Notes under the pieces: generated by a model
The model's input: only the letters and a program-made list of their open reading frames with translations
Told to the model about the DNA's origin: nothing
Database searches by the model: none
Assembly: GCF_016107685.1 (NCBI RefSeq)
Contig: NZ_JABASY010000001.1
Coordinates: forward strand, 4,187 to 28,186
Direction: 5' to 3'
Length of the DNA stretch: 24,000 bases
Origin: Brevibacterium yomogidense
GTDB lineage: Bacteria; Actinomycetota; Actinomycetes; Actinomycetales; Brevibacteriaceae
Part shown: positions 1 to 7,445 of the stretch, piece after piece
How the letters are laid out: the number at the start of each line of letters is the position of its first letter
Numbering within the stretch: the first letter of the stretch is position 1
Program-made: the position numbers and the translations under genes

Positions 1-538
1 CGCCGGACTCGGCGTGATCGCGGAGGAGTCCGAAAACCGCGTCGGCGGATTCCGCGTCCAGGCCGTCGAACGGCTCATCCAGTAGAACGACGTCAGGGTC
101 CGCAGCGAGCACAGCCGCGATATCGACGCGTGCCACCTCACTACCCGATAGGTGGCTGAGCTGAGCGTAGGCACGATCCGCCAGGTCCAGTCGTGACAGC
201 AGGGTCACCGCGTTCTTCTCTGCAGCGCCCAGGGTCATCCCGTGCAGCCTGGCGAGGTAGACGATCTGTTCGAGAACCTTCATGCGCGGGTATCCGCCGC
301 GTTCGCTGGGGAGGTAGCCGAAGTTCTGTCGGTCGCCGTAGCCCAACTGGGTGCCTGCGAGTTCGATCGTCCCCTCATCGGCGTCGATGAGGCCCATGAT
401 CGTGCGCACCAACTCGGTCTTCCCCGACCCGCGCAGTCCGACGACACCGGTGAGGCGTGCCGCGTCCGCGGTGAACGAGACGTCCTTGAGATAGGTCTTC
501 CGGCCGTGGGAGACCGTCAATCCCTTCACTTCGAGCAC
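1..538 (-). CDS. ABC transporter ATP-binding protein (N-terminal ~179 codons; C-terminus lies beyond the left edge)
   Basis: Absent from the ORF track because there is no stop in the window. My minus-strand translation from GTG (538-536) reads LEVKGLTVSHGRKTYLKDVSFTADAARLTGVVGLRGSGKT, with a Walker A GxxGxGKT at ~nt 416-440. The same frame continues GYLPSERGGYPRMKVLEQIVYLARLHG ... LSHLSGSEVARVDIAAVLAADPDVVLLDEPFDGLD, giving the ABC signature and Walker B at ~nt 50-160. The GTG start is the only start codon after an in-frame TGA. Confidence 0.85.
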   Translation of the reverse strand, partial: MLEVKGLTVSHGRKTYLKDVSFTADAARLTGVVGLRGSGKTELVRTIMGLIDADEGTIELAGTQLGYGDRQNFGYLPSERGGYPRMKVLEQIVYLARLHGMTLGAAEKNAVTLLSRLDLADRAYAQLSHLSGSEVARVDIAAVLAADPDVVLLDEPFDGLDAESADAVFGLLRDHAESG

Positions 539-582
539 TTGATCGTCCTTCTGCGTGTGGGTTGTGCGGGTGGTGGAGCTGA

Positions 583-611
583 GCGCTCACGTGAGCACGG
601 CACGTGAGCGC
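583..611. promoter_or_regulatory. Inverted repeat GCGCTCACGTG-N7-CACGTGAGCGC (two CACGTG cores) 45 nt upstream of the ABC ATPase start
   Basis: Read directly: gcgctcacgtg (583-593), agcacgg, cacgtgagcgc (601-611), with perfect 11-bp arms. An overlapping 12-bp perfect palindrome gctcacgtgagc lies at 585-596. It sits in the 263-nt gap between the pyrE stop (802) and the ABC start (538). Whether it acts as an operator or as an RNA hairpin/terminator is not resolved. Confidence 0.3.
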
Positions 612-801
612 CTAGGTCAGTCTGGTGGCCAGCAGGGCGTCGGGCAAACCCGAACACGGCAGATCAGAGGCTTCGCGGCAACCTTCCAGTGCGGGATCAG
701 CACCCGCTCACCAGTGTGAGCCCCCGTCGAGAATACCCCTTGTCGCGGACCGCGGGCCCTCACGAACGGGACGGCTCAAGTTCACGTCCTCTCACACACA
801 C

Positions 802-1392
802 TCAGTCGAGTCCGAGGTCGCGGATACTGATAGCAGCCAGATAGGGAACACCCGCTTCAGCTTCCACGCGTTCCTTCGCGCCCGTGTCCCGGTCCACGAC
901 GACCACCACAGCGACGACGATCGCGCCGGCCTCCCGCAATGCTTCAACTGCCTCGAGGACCGAACCGCCAGTGGTCGACGTGTCCTCGAGCGCAACGACT
1001 CTGCGGCCTTCGACCGACGGGCCTTCGACCCTCCGACCCATTCCATATTGTTTCGCGGCCTTGCGGACGACGAACGCATCGAGCGGCGTGCCGCGAGCAG
1101 AAGACCGGTGCATGACCGCAGTCGCTACGGGATCCGCTCCCATGGTGAGACCGCCGATCGCGTCCACTGCTCCGTCGCCGTGCAACAGCCCCTGTTCCCC
1201 GAGGAGGTCGAGAACGACCTCGCCGACCAGAGGCGCTGACCTGTGTTCCAAAGTGACGCGGCGGAGATCGAGGTAGTAGTCGGCCTCCAACCCCGATGCC
1301 AGAGTCACCCGGCCACGCACCACCGCGAGCTCATCGATCAGGGAAAGTAGGCGCGCACGTGGTTCTGCAGTCTCAGTCATGGTCTCCATCAT
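802..1392 (-). CDS. pyrE: Orotate phosphoribosyltransferase
   Basis: 196-aa ORF. LIDELAVVRGRVTLASGLEADYYLDLRRV is the typical PyrE N-terminus. VVALEDTSTTGGSVLEAVEALREAG is the PRPP-binding (type I PRTase) motif. The exact start among M1/M2/M5 is uncertain. Confidence 0.9.
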   Translation of the reverse strand: MMETMTETAEPRARLLSLIDELAVVRGRVTLASGLEADYYLDLRRVTLEHRSAPLVGEVVLDLLGEQGLLHGDGAVDAIGGLTMGADPVATAVMHRSSARGTPLDAFVVRKAAKQYGMGRRVEGPSVEGRRVVALEDTSTTGGSVLEAVEALREAGAIVVAVVVVVDRDTGAKERVEAEAGVPYLAAISIRDLGLD

Positions 1393-1431
1393 ATTGTGTG
1401 GACGACGTTCTCCGGATCGACAGTGCTGAAC

Positions 1432-2256
1432 TCACGATCGTTTGCGTCGTCGTACTCCGAACCCGCCGCTCAAGCTCCTCACGAGCCCCCGTGGCACTAC
1501 CTGACCGATCGCGTAGATCGCCTTGTAGCGCGTACTCGGAACACTCACCACACGTCCACGTCGTGCGTCTCGCAGCGACTCGGACACGACATGCTCTGCA
1601 TCCAGCCACAGCCATTCCGGACCGGCCCGCCGTACTCGCATCCGGTCGTGGAACTCAGTCTTGACGAACCCGGGAAGCACCGCGGTCACCGTGACAGGGG
1701 TATCGATGAGTTCCGAAGAAAGTGCCTCTGTCACGAGCAGTGCCGCGCTCTTCACCGCGGAGTACACCCCGTACGCACCCAGTGCGGCGAGTGACGACAC
1801 AGTGACGATGCCGCCCCTCCCCCGGTCGCGCATGTGACGGGCCGCTGCCCGGCTCAGCAGCGTGACCGCCCTGAGCATGACCATGTCGTTCGCGATCAGC
1901 TGTTCAGGGTCGGTGTCCATCAGCGACGTCTTGAGACCGAACCCGGCATTGTTCACCAGGACATCGATCCGTTCACGATCAATGACGTCGATGAGGTCGT
2001 CGATCCCTTCCTGCGTCGCAAGGTCCACGACCTGCACCTGAACGACAATCCCGTAGTGTCGCTCCAGCTCGTCGGCACAGGCTTCCAACGCTTCACGGCC
2101 TCGCGCCGCGAGGACCAGGTCGTAGCCATCTAGTGCGAGCTGCTTCGCGTACTCCCGGCCCAGGCCGGCGCTTGCACCGGTGATGAGTGCTCGAGGTCGG
2201 GTCGGGTCAGCGGCGGTATTTCGCCGGGTTGTCGCGGTCTCCATGTGGTCAGTCAT
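1432..2256 (-). CDS. Short-chain dehydrogenase/reductase (SDR) family oxidoreductase
   Basis: 274-aa ORF. ALITGASAGLGREYA is the TGxxxGxG cofactor motif, NNAGFG is the NNAG motif, and YSAVKSAAL is the catalytic YxxxK. It lies 6 nt downstream of the thioesterase gene and 39 nt upstream of pyrE on the same strand, so it is probably co-transcribed with them. Confidence 0.9.
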   Translation of the reverse strand: MTDHMETATTRRNTAADPTRPRALITGASAGLGREYAKQLALDGYDLVLAARGREALEACADELERHYGIVVQVQVVDLATQEGIDDLIDVIDRERIDVLVNNAGFGLKTSLMDTDPEQLIANDMVMLRAVTLLSRAAARHMRDRGRGGIVTVSSLAALGAYGVYSAVKSAALLVTEALSSELIDTPVTVTAVLPGFVKTEFHDRMRVRRAGPEWLWLDAEHVVSESLRDARRGRVVSVPSTRYKAIYAIGQVVPRGLVRSLSGGFGVRRRKRS

Positions 2257-2262
2257 CCCGCT

Positions 2263-3171
2263 TCACACCTGGTCCGCGCGAGTCGACCCGTGCGGCAACC
2301 GGACCGTGAGCGATTGGGCGCAGTGTGCCACGGGTCCCCTGGCATCGTGGAACACCGCGTGGGTGATGCCCATGCCGCTGTCGCCGAATCCGACGTCGAT
2401 GTCCATGCCGGCCCCGCCCGGAACAGGCGACCGGAGGAAGTGGATCGTGAGGTCGACGTTGGGGAAGAAGACCTCCTGGGGATCCTCGCGGACGGCGAAC
2501 CCGTTCATGGCGTCGCAGTACTTCACGAAGCCGGCGTACGGACCGTCCTCCTCATGCTCGACCAGCGGCACGTCGGTCTCGACCCAGACCTTTCGGCGCC
2601 CCGGCCTGCCGTCCGCTGTTTGCGCGCCACGGAGGGAGGCGATATAGCCGCCGGGCCACAGCCCGGAGGGCTCGAGCGGCTGGAGCTCAGTGCTGCCGGG
2701 GAACGCCGTCACTTCCGTGCCCGCGACAGTGGACGTGTCGGAGCTGACGAGGCGCCATGCCCGCGCCGTGACGGACGTTCGCGGCAGTCCTGGGCTCACA
2801 GTGGTGGCGGCGCCCGAATCTGCGGCCCGCACTTCGGTCCCGGTGTGTGCAGCCCTGTGCACCATGCGTGCTTCGACGAGCTCGATCGTGCGCCCCGGTC
2901 GGACGACGTCGACCTCGATGTCGAACTCTCCCGAATGGATGACGCCGAGGATGTCGAAGGTGACGCGTGAGATCAGCTTCTCCGACGGAAGAGCGCGCTC
3001 CAGCTCGTGGAGAACCAACGCGGATGCCACGGCCATGTGCTGCTCACCTGCCTGCCACGCGCCCTGTGAGTGGAGGGTGGAGCGGAAGGAACGGTCGCCG
3101 GTGCGGACGAAGTACGCGTGCGGAACGGGCTCCCCGTCGGCACCGATGTGATGATTGAGAGCTGCTACCAT
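2263..3171 (-). CDS. Thioesterase-fold (acyl-CoA thioesterase II-like) family protein
   Basis: 302-aa ORF with high GC3. The family call rests on overall resemblance to actinobacterial double hot-dog 'thioesterase family protein' sequences (HSQGAWQAGEQHMAVASALVLHELE ...). I can name no sharp catalytic motif, so the family call is moderate. Confidence 0.7.
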   Translation of the reverse strand: MVAALNHHIGADGEPVPHAYFVRTGDRSFRSTLHSQGAWQAGEQHMAVASALVLHELERALPSEKLISRVTFDILGVIHSGEFDIEVDVVRPGRTIELVEARMVHRAAHTGTEVRAADSGAATTVSPGLPRTSVTARAWRLVSSDTSTVAGTEVTAFPGSTELQPLEPSGLWPGGYIASLRGAQTADGRPGRRKVWVETDVPLVEHEEDGPYAGFVKYCDAMNGFAVREDPQEVFFPNVDLTIHFLRSPVPGGAGMDIDVGFGDSGMGITHAVFHDARGPVAHCAQSLTVRLPHGSTRADQV

Positions 3172-3234
3172 GGCACCAATCTATCGAGCGTTCAGCAGAA
3201 CCCAACCTCAGCCCGTTCCGATACGGTTGTGCGC

Positions 3235-4026
3235 ATGCGCATTGTGAACTGGAACGTGAACTCAATCAGGGCGAGGGCAGAGCGGGTCGGGGCATGGTTG
3301 GACCGGTCTGACGCGGACGTCCTGGCCATCCAGGAACTCAAGTGCAAGGACACCCAGTTCCCGCGAGAGATCTTCGATGACCGCGGCTATGAGGTGGCAT
3401 TCCACGGGCTCAACCAATGGAACGGCGTCGCCATCGCGTCTCGCGTCGGGCTGGAGGACGTGGAGATTGGGTTCGACGACATGCCGGGGTTCGGTGAAGA
3501 TCTGGCTTCTGAAGCCCGCGCGATCTCCGCGGTGACCGGCGGCGTGCGAGTTTATTCCCTCTACGTCCCCAACGGGCGTGAACTCGACCACCCGCACTAC
3601 ACGTACAAGCTGCAGTGGCTGGAAGCACTGCGCGCTGTGGCCGCCGCGCGTCTGGCTGCAGACAAGGACGAGAAGTTCGTCCTTACTGGCGACTTCAACA
3701 TCGCTCCGTTGGATGAGGACGTCTGGGACATCGACGCCTTCGCCGGCGCCACACACGTGTCGCCGCCGGAGCGCGCTGCGTTCCAGGCACTCCTGGACGC
3801 CGGACTCATCGAGACGACCCGCCCTCTTGCGCCCGGCCCCGCCGTCTACACCTATTGGGACTACCAGAAGCTGCGCTTCCCCAAGAAGGAGGGGATGCGC
3901 ATCGACTTCCAGCTGGCATCACCTGCGCTTGCGCCGACAGCTGCGGCCGCCATGATCGATCGTGAGGAGCGGAAGGGCAAGGGCGCGTCCGACCACGCCC
4001 CCGTCATCGTCGACTACGACGTCTGA
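3235..4026 (+). CDS. xthA: Exodeoxyribonuclease III (AP endonuclease)
   Basis: MRIVNWNVNSIRARAERVGAWL...DVLAIQELK is the N-terminal EEP motif, LTGDFNIAP is the central motif, and ASDHAPVIVDYDV is the C-terminal SDHxPV motif. The track ORF starts at 3070, but that extension overlaps the divergent thioesterase start. ATG 3235 (or in-frame GTG 3229) matches the usual XthA N-terminus. Confidence 0.9.
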   Translation: MRIVNWNVNSIRARAERVGAWLDRSDADVLAIQELKCKDTQFPREIFDDRGYEVAFHGLNQWNGVAIASRVGLEDVEIGFDDMPGFGEDLASEARAISAVTGGVRVYSLYVPNGRELDHPHYTYKLQWLEALRAVAAARLAADKDEKFVLTGDFNIAPLDEDVWDIDAFAGATHVSPPERAAFQALLDAGLIETTRPLAPGPAVYTYWDYQKLRFPKKEGMRIDFQLASPALAPTAAAAMIDREERKGKGASDHAPVIVDYDV

Positions 4027-4991
4027 CCACGCAGCTGCTGCGAGGTTGCTGGCCCTGACGCGGTTGCAGGCTTCTCCTTTAAAGAGGGAAGCGTGAAGAG
4101 AAAACTGCTCGAGACGCGGGTGAGAAGGAGCGGGACACCATACGCGGCGACGGCGAGAACCGGGAACAGAATCCACCACGGAAGTTCCCCAATGAGAAGC
4201 CACGTTGCGCCCACAGCCCCGAAATGAACAATGTAAAAGACCATGGATTCGCGCCCCACGAATTGTAGCGCTCGGATTCGTGGGGCTCGAGGAGCAACCC
4301 AGACGATTGCAGCTACCCCCGTAGCAGATGCCAGGAAGGCGACAGGACCTCGCTCGTAAGTCCCCACAGGCGACGCCACCCAGACCCCGAACCCAGCGCT
4401 GGCTACGAGCAGAACTGCGGGCACGGGCCAGCGAACGCCTTGCCACCTGCTCGCGAAGACCGAAAGGGCTGCACCCAAGAAGAAGAACGCCCCATACCAA
4501 AGAATTCGCCGATATGAGGAAGTTCCGACGAATGGTTCTAGCATGACCATCGGAACAACCCACAGCCACGCGGGAATCCACCGTATGAGCGGACCGACCA
4601 GGTAGCACGCCAGCAGCACTGCGAGGAACCAGAGGTGCCACGACCCTCCAATCCAGGTCCAAGGGCTCGCCAGATTAGACACATGCAATAACACGAGGTT
4701 AGTGATGAGCGTCCAAAGGACGAACGGCCACAGAATGCCTCTCACCTTGCCCCAATAGTAAAGACGCGATGGCTTTGCGAGCGAACGCGGCAGAAGCATT
4801 CCCGAAAGCACGAGCAAGAGTGGCATGCGGAAGGGTTCAAGAACACGCATGAAGTCAACCCACGGTGGTGCGCCTCCACCCAGCACGACTGGGATTCCGA
4901 AAATGTGGTGAAGGATCACCAAGAGGACTGCGAGTCCGCGTAGTTCGTCCATCCAGTCCATGCGTGCAGTATCAGGCTTCTGTTGAGTCAC
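4014..4991 (-). CDS. Membrane acyltransferase, acyltransferase-3 (OafA/YrhL-like) family
   Basis: 325-aa ORF. RMDWMDELRGLAVLLVILHHIF is the typical acyltransferase_3 N-terminal motif, followed by about 9-10 hydrophobic segments. GC is lower than the flanks. The start is GTG 4991 or the ATG 10 codons downstream. The 3-prime end overlaps xthA convergently by 13 nt. Confidence 0.8.
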   Translation of the reverse strand: MTQQKPDTARMDWMDELRGLAVLLVILHHIFGIPVVLGGGAPPWVDFMRVLEPFRMPLLLVLSGMLLPRSLAKPSRLYYWGKVRGILWPFVLWTLITNLVLLHVSNLASPWTWIGGSWHLWFLAVLLACYLVGPLIRWIPAWLWVVPMVMLEPFVGTSSYRRILWYGAFFFLGAALSVFASRWQGVRWPVPAVLLVASAGFGVWVASPVGTYERGPVAFLASATGVAAIVWVAPRAPRIRALQFVGRESMVFYIVHFGAVGATWLLIGELPWWILFPVLAVAAYGVPLLLTRVSSSFLFTLPSLKEKPATASGPATSQQLRGQTS

Positions 4992-5158
4992 GACTCAAGC
5001 CTATCCGCCCTACCCATCCCACGCGGCGCAGTGCGGGCAAATACACCGACACGCCAACTGACTGGACCGCCCGAATACACCACCAGCACTGGCGCGGTGA
5101 CGCCGTTCAGAAGTCGATGAGTGAGCGGCCAAAGACGAGGATACTGTTAGCTGCCAGT

Positions 5159-5986
5159 TTAGAGCCGATCCGTCTTTCGCCGCCTTTTCGAATCCTTAAT
5201 TCCAGTAAACCAAGCGACGTCACGCGCGGTCGCTGCCATCACATCACGTGACTTTTTCACCCCATCATCCAGCCGCCGGCCTAAGGACACGGACGGCTGC
5301 TCGACCCCCACCGGCGCACCGAAGGTCGGACCACCCCGACGGATGTCGCTTTCACCTTCCCAACTGACCAAGCTTGGACGAAGTACCTTGACGTTGATCC
5401 CCATCTCGCGGCGGAAGTGACTGTAATGATCGGCAACCCAGCTGACACGTCCCGGTGTGGAAGCCATGTATTGCCGAGCAGCACCACGACTCACCAGGTA
5501 TAGCCCGGTGCACCAAACGTTCCCCCAGTTATGACCAACCCTGTAGGCCCGCAGCCCCGTTCGCCCCACTATTCGGGAGAAGAGAGACAGTTGAGTTGGA
5601 AAGTCGTTGGCCAGAACTACGAAGCCCACGTTCTCCACTCGCGCCGCAACTGTTGAGATCACCTCGAGCGCACCTGGCGTGAACCGCGCGTCGTCCTCTG
5701 CGACGAGCGCGAGGTCACTGTCACGACCACAAGAGTTGGCAAACCGTTTGATTATCTTGAAATGGCTGAGTGCACAACCCATCTCGCCAGGGAGCGGACT
5801 TCTGCCGTAGCGATCCTCAAACAGTGCAGAATCGAAAAGCTCCAGCCCCTCCCCCACACGACCGTCGACCGCTCGGAATCGCAGGAAGCACGAAGTGCCC
5901 GGCTGGGCAAAAAATCCGTCGATGCGATGGGAATCCTCGAGAGCAACTACATGGGACTCAACGATCCGCGGATGCAATACGGTCAT
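5159..5986 (-). CDS. Glycosyltransferase family 25-like (LPS/LOS-type glycosyltransferase)
   Basis: 275-aa ORF. PLPGEMGCALSHFKIIKRF resembles the GT25 GE(I/M)GCxLSH motif, and ALVAEDDARF is a DD-containing acidic motif. The SD-like GGAAGGG ends 4 nt upstream of the ATG (reverse complement of 5991-5997). GC is lower than the flanks. Confidence 0.65.
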   Translation of the reverse strand: MTVLHPRIVESHVVALEDSHRIDGFFAQPGTSCFLRFRAVDGRVGEGLELFDSALFEDRYGRSPLPGEMGCALSHFKIIKRFANSCGRDSDLALVAEDDARFTPGALEVISTVAARVENVGFVVLANDFPTQLSLFSRIVGRTGLRAYRVGHNWGNVWCTGLYLVSRGAARQYMASTPGRVSWVADHYSHFRREMGINVKVLRPSLVSWEGESDIRRGGPTFGAPVGVEQPSVSLGRRLDDGVKKSRDVMAATARDVAWFTGIKDSKRRRKTDRL

Positions 5987-6508
5987 CTTGCCCTTCCAGG
6001 CCCTAATTCTCAGTTGACTTCAAGTTGACAGACACCAGGAGCACTTGCTGACCTTCCACTTTCAGCATGCTCATGTGACGGACACGTGTTTCACGACATA
6101 GTGTCATGATCCCTCTCAAGATACCGCCCCGCCACTCCAACATCCACACGTAGGGGCGTCCCCCGAATACCCGCTAAAGGCGAGTGCCTCGCACTATTAC
6201 GTCGACGTCTAGTGAGCTCATGTCTATGGCACCGATGTGGTCCGCTGGAAATAGGCAATCATCGCTCAAAAGCTGAATGCCACGCATCTATGGCGGGACG
6301 TTGACGCTCACAATGTCTGGGCGCTTGCCCGCCCGACATGGCTGTCAGGTGCAGACCTGCATCAGCCATGGTCGGCCGGACAACCCGATGTCAACGACGC
6401 GACGCCCGGCGCCCATGTGCCGCTGCCTGCGGTTCGCGGAGCGAATCCCTGGCGCTCTAGAACCTCTGCCGGAAAATACGAGATGAGCAAAGAGTCTCAG
6501 CGATACCC

Positions 6509-6634
6509 TACGAGCTGCGCGTCTCTGCCCTCCGCACACAGGCATCCCACCAACTCGGCACGGCCGCTACAATTGATCGCCCAGAGCGGGAGGGCAAAGA
6601 AGCGTCCGACCACGCGCCCGTCATCGGCGACTAG
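6509..6634 (+). pseudogene. Remnant of the 3-prime end (41 codons) of a second exodeoxyribonuclease III gene
   Basis: My in-frame translation of 6509-6634 is YELRVSALRTQASHQLGTAATIDRPEREGKEASDHAPVIGD*. The intact xthA C-terminus is GMRIDFQLASPALAPTAAAAMIDREERKGKGASDHAPVIVDYDV*. The nucleotide core 6602-6634 matches 3985-4017 at 30 of 33 positions by hand alignment. There is no start codon, and an in-frame TAG lies at 6458. I found no convincing XthA similarity further upstream. Confidence 0.65.
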
Positions 6635-7343
6635 GATGTGTGGCGCTTCGCAGACGGTCAAGATACTCGACCGGTCGATGCCACCAGCGTGTGCGGTAAA
6701 GCGGCATCAGAATGGGGCGTGCGGCATCAAGCTCGTCTTTCCGCAGCTTTTGAAATTCGGGTGAACCTGAGGTCGTTCCCATCTCTGTATCGAACCTGTA
6801 CCCGGCTAGCACACCGTTGGGTTTCCGTTGCTGTAAGAATAGCCAATCGTCGCCGCCCCAGATCCGAAGCGCCTTCGGGACCGGCACGTAGTCACGAACT
6901 CGCATGCACATGAACGTCCCAAAATTTCCTTTGAAGCTGAAAAAAGGAGCTATTCTGACGCGCCGACGTCCCCGAGGAGATCGATTGAAGCTTCCCTCAT
7001 CCGGACCGATGACACCAAACCACCCTCGATGCAGAACCTGGTACGCGTGTGTGAGAGCGTCGTCTTCAAAACGGACGTCATCGTTGATCAACGCAAGTAG
7101 CTGGCTCGCAGCTTCTCTCGCCCCCAAGTTCCAGGCGGGGTTCACAAAGATATTTCTACCCAAGTTCAAAACCCGCACCTTCGGCAAGTCCCACCTGAGC
7201 GGCGGGTCAGTGTTGTTGACCACGATGACTTCGTGCACAAGGGCGTGTTGCGCGCATTGCGTAACGATGTCATCCAGGTCAGGGGATCGCTGAAGGGTCG
7301 GAATAACAACGGTGAATCCTGAAAGGTTCCCACGATTCTTCAC
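6621..7343 (-). CDS. Glycosyltransferase family 2 protein
   Basis: 240-aa ORF. FTVVIPTLQRSPDLDDIV...VIVVNN...LALINDDVRF shows the GT-A fold N-terminal pattern with a DD(x) motif. It uses a GTG start, and a TAGATT -10-like hexamer lies 6 nt upstream (7350-7355 on the minus strand), so a leaderless transcript is possible. It has the lowest GC in the window (one 60-nt line, 6901-6960, counts 43% GC). Confidence 0.8.
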   Translation of the reverse strand: MKNRGNLSGFTVVIPTLQRSPDLDDIVTQCAQHALVHEVIVVNNTDPPLRWDLPKVRVLNLGRNIFVNPAWNLGAREAASQLLALINDDVRFEDDALTHAYQVLHRGWFGVIGPDEGSFNRSPRGRRRVRIAPFFSFKGNFGTFMCMRVRDYVPVPKALRIWGGDDWLFLQQRKPNGVLAGYRFDTEMGTTSGSPEFQKLRKDELDAARPILMPLYRTRWWHRPVEYLDRLRSATHPSRR

Positions 7344-7445
7344 CCTCTCAATCTACACTGCACTTATGAATGCTGATGCTTGCATGCAGGGCCCACTACA
7401 CGTCGGTCAGTGCAACAGGGGACGAACATAGAGACTTGGGATCTA

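Noticed and set aside
6431-6448. The tRNA T-arm-like string ggttcgcggagcgaatcc inside the islet, considered as a possible tRNA integration target.
   Set aside because: The GGTTCGAATCC box is interrupted by 7 extra nucleotides. I could not build an acceptor stem, a D-arm or an anticodon arm around it.
6277-6508. Possible further upstream extension of the xthA remnant, for example FAERIPGALEPL versus xthA PPERAAFQALLDAG.
   Set aside because: The spacing to the stop does not match: 195 nt in the remnant versus 257 nt in xthA. Identity is only about ER plus scattered Leu/Ala. I limited the pseudogene call to 6509-6634.
4030-7445. Search for a transposase, integrase, IS terminal inverted repeats or a prophage remnant in the low-GC islet.
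   Set aside because: None of the six-frame ORFs in this interval shows recombinase, DDE or HTH-like sequence. The only boundary repeat found is the duplicated xthA end, which is reported as a finding. No mobile_element feature is therefore called.
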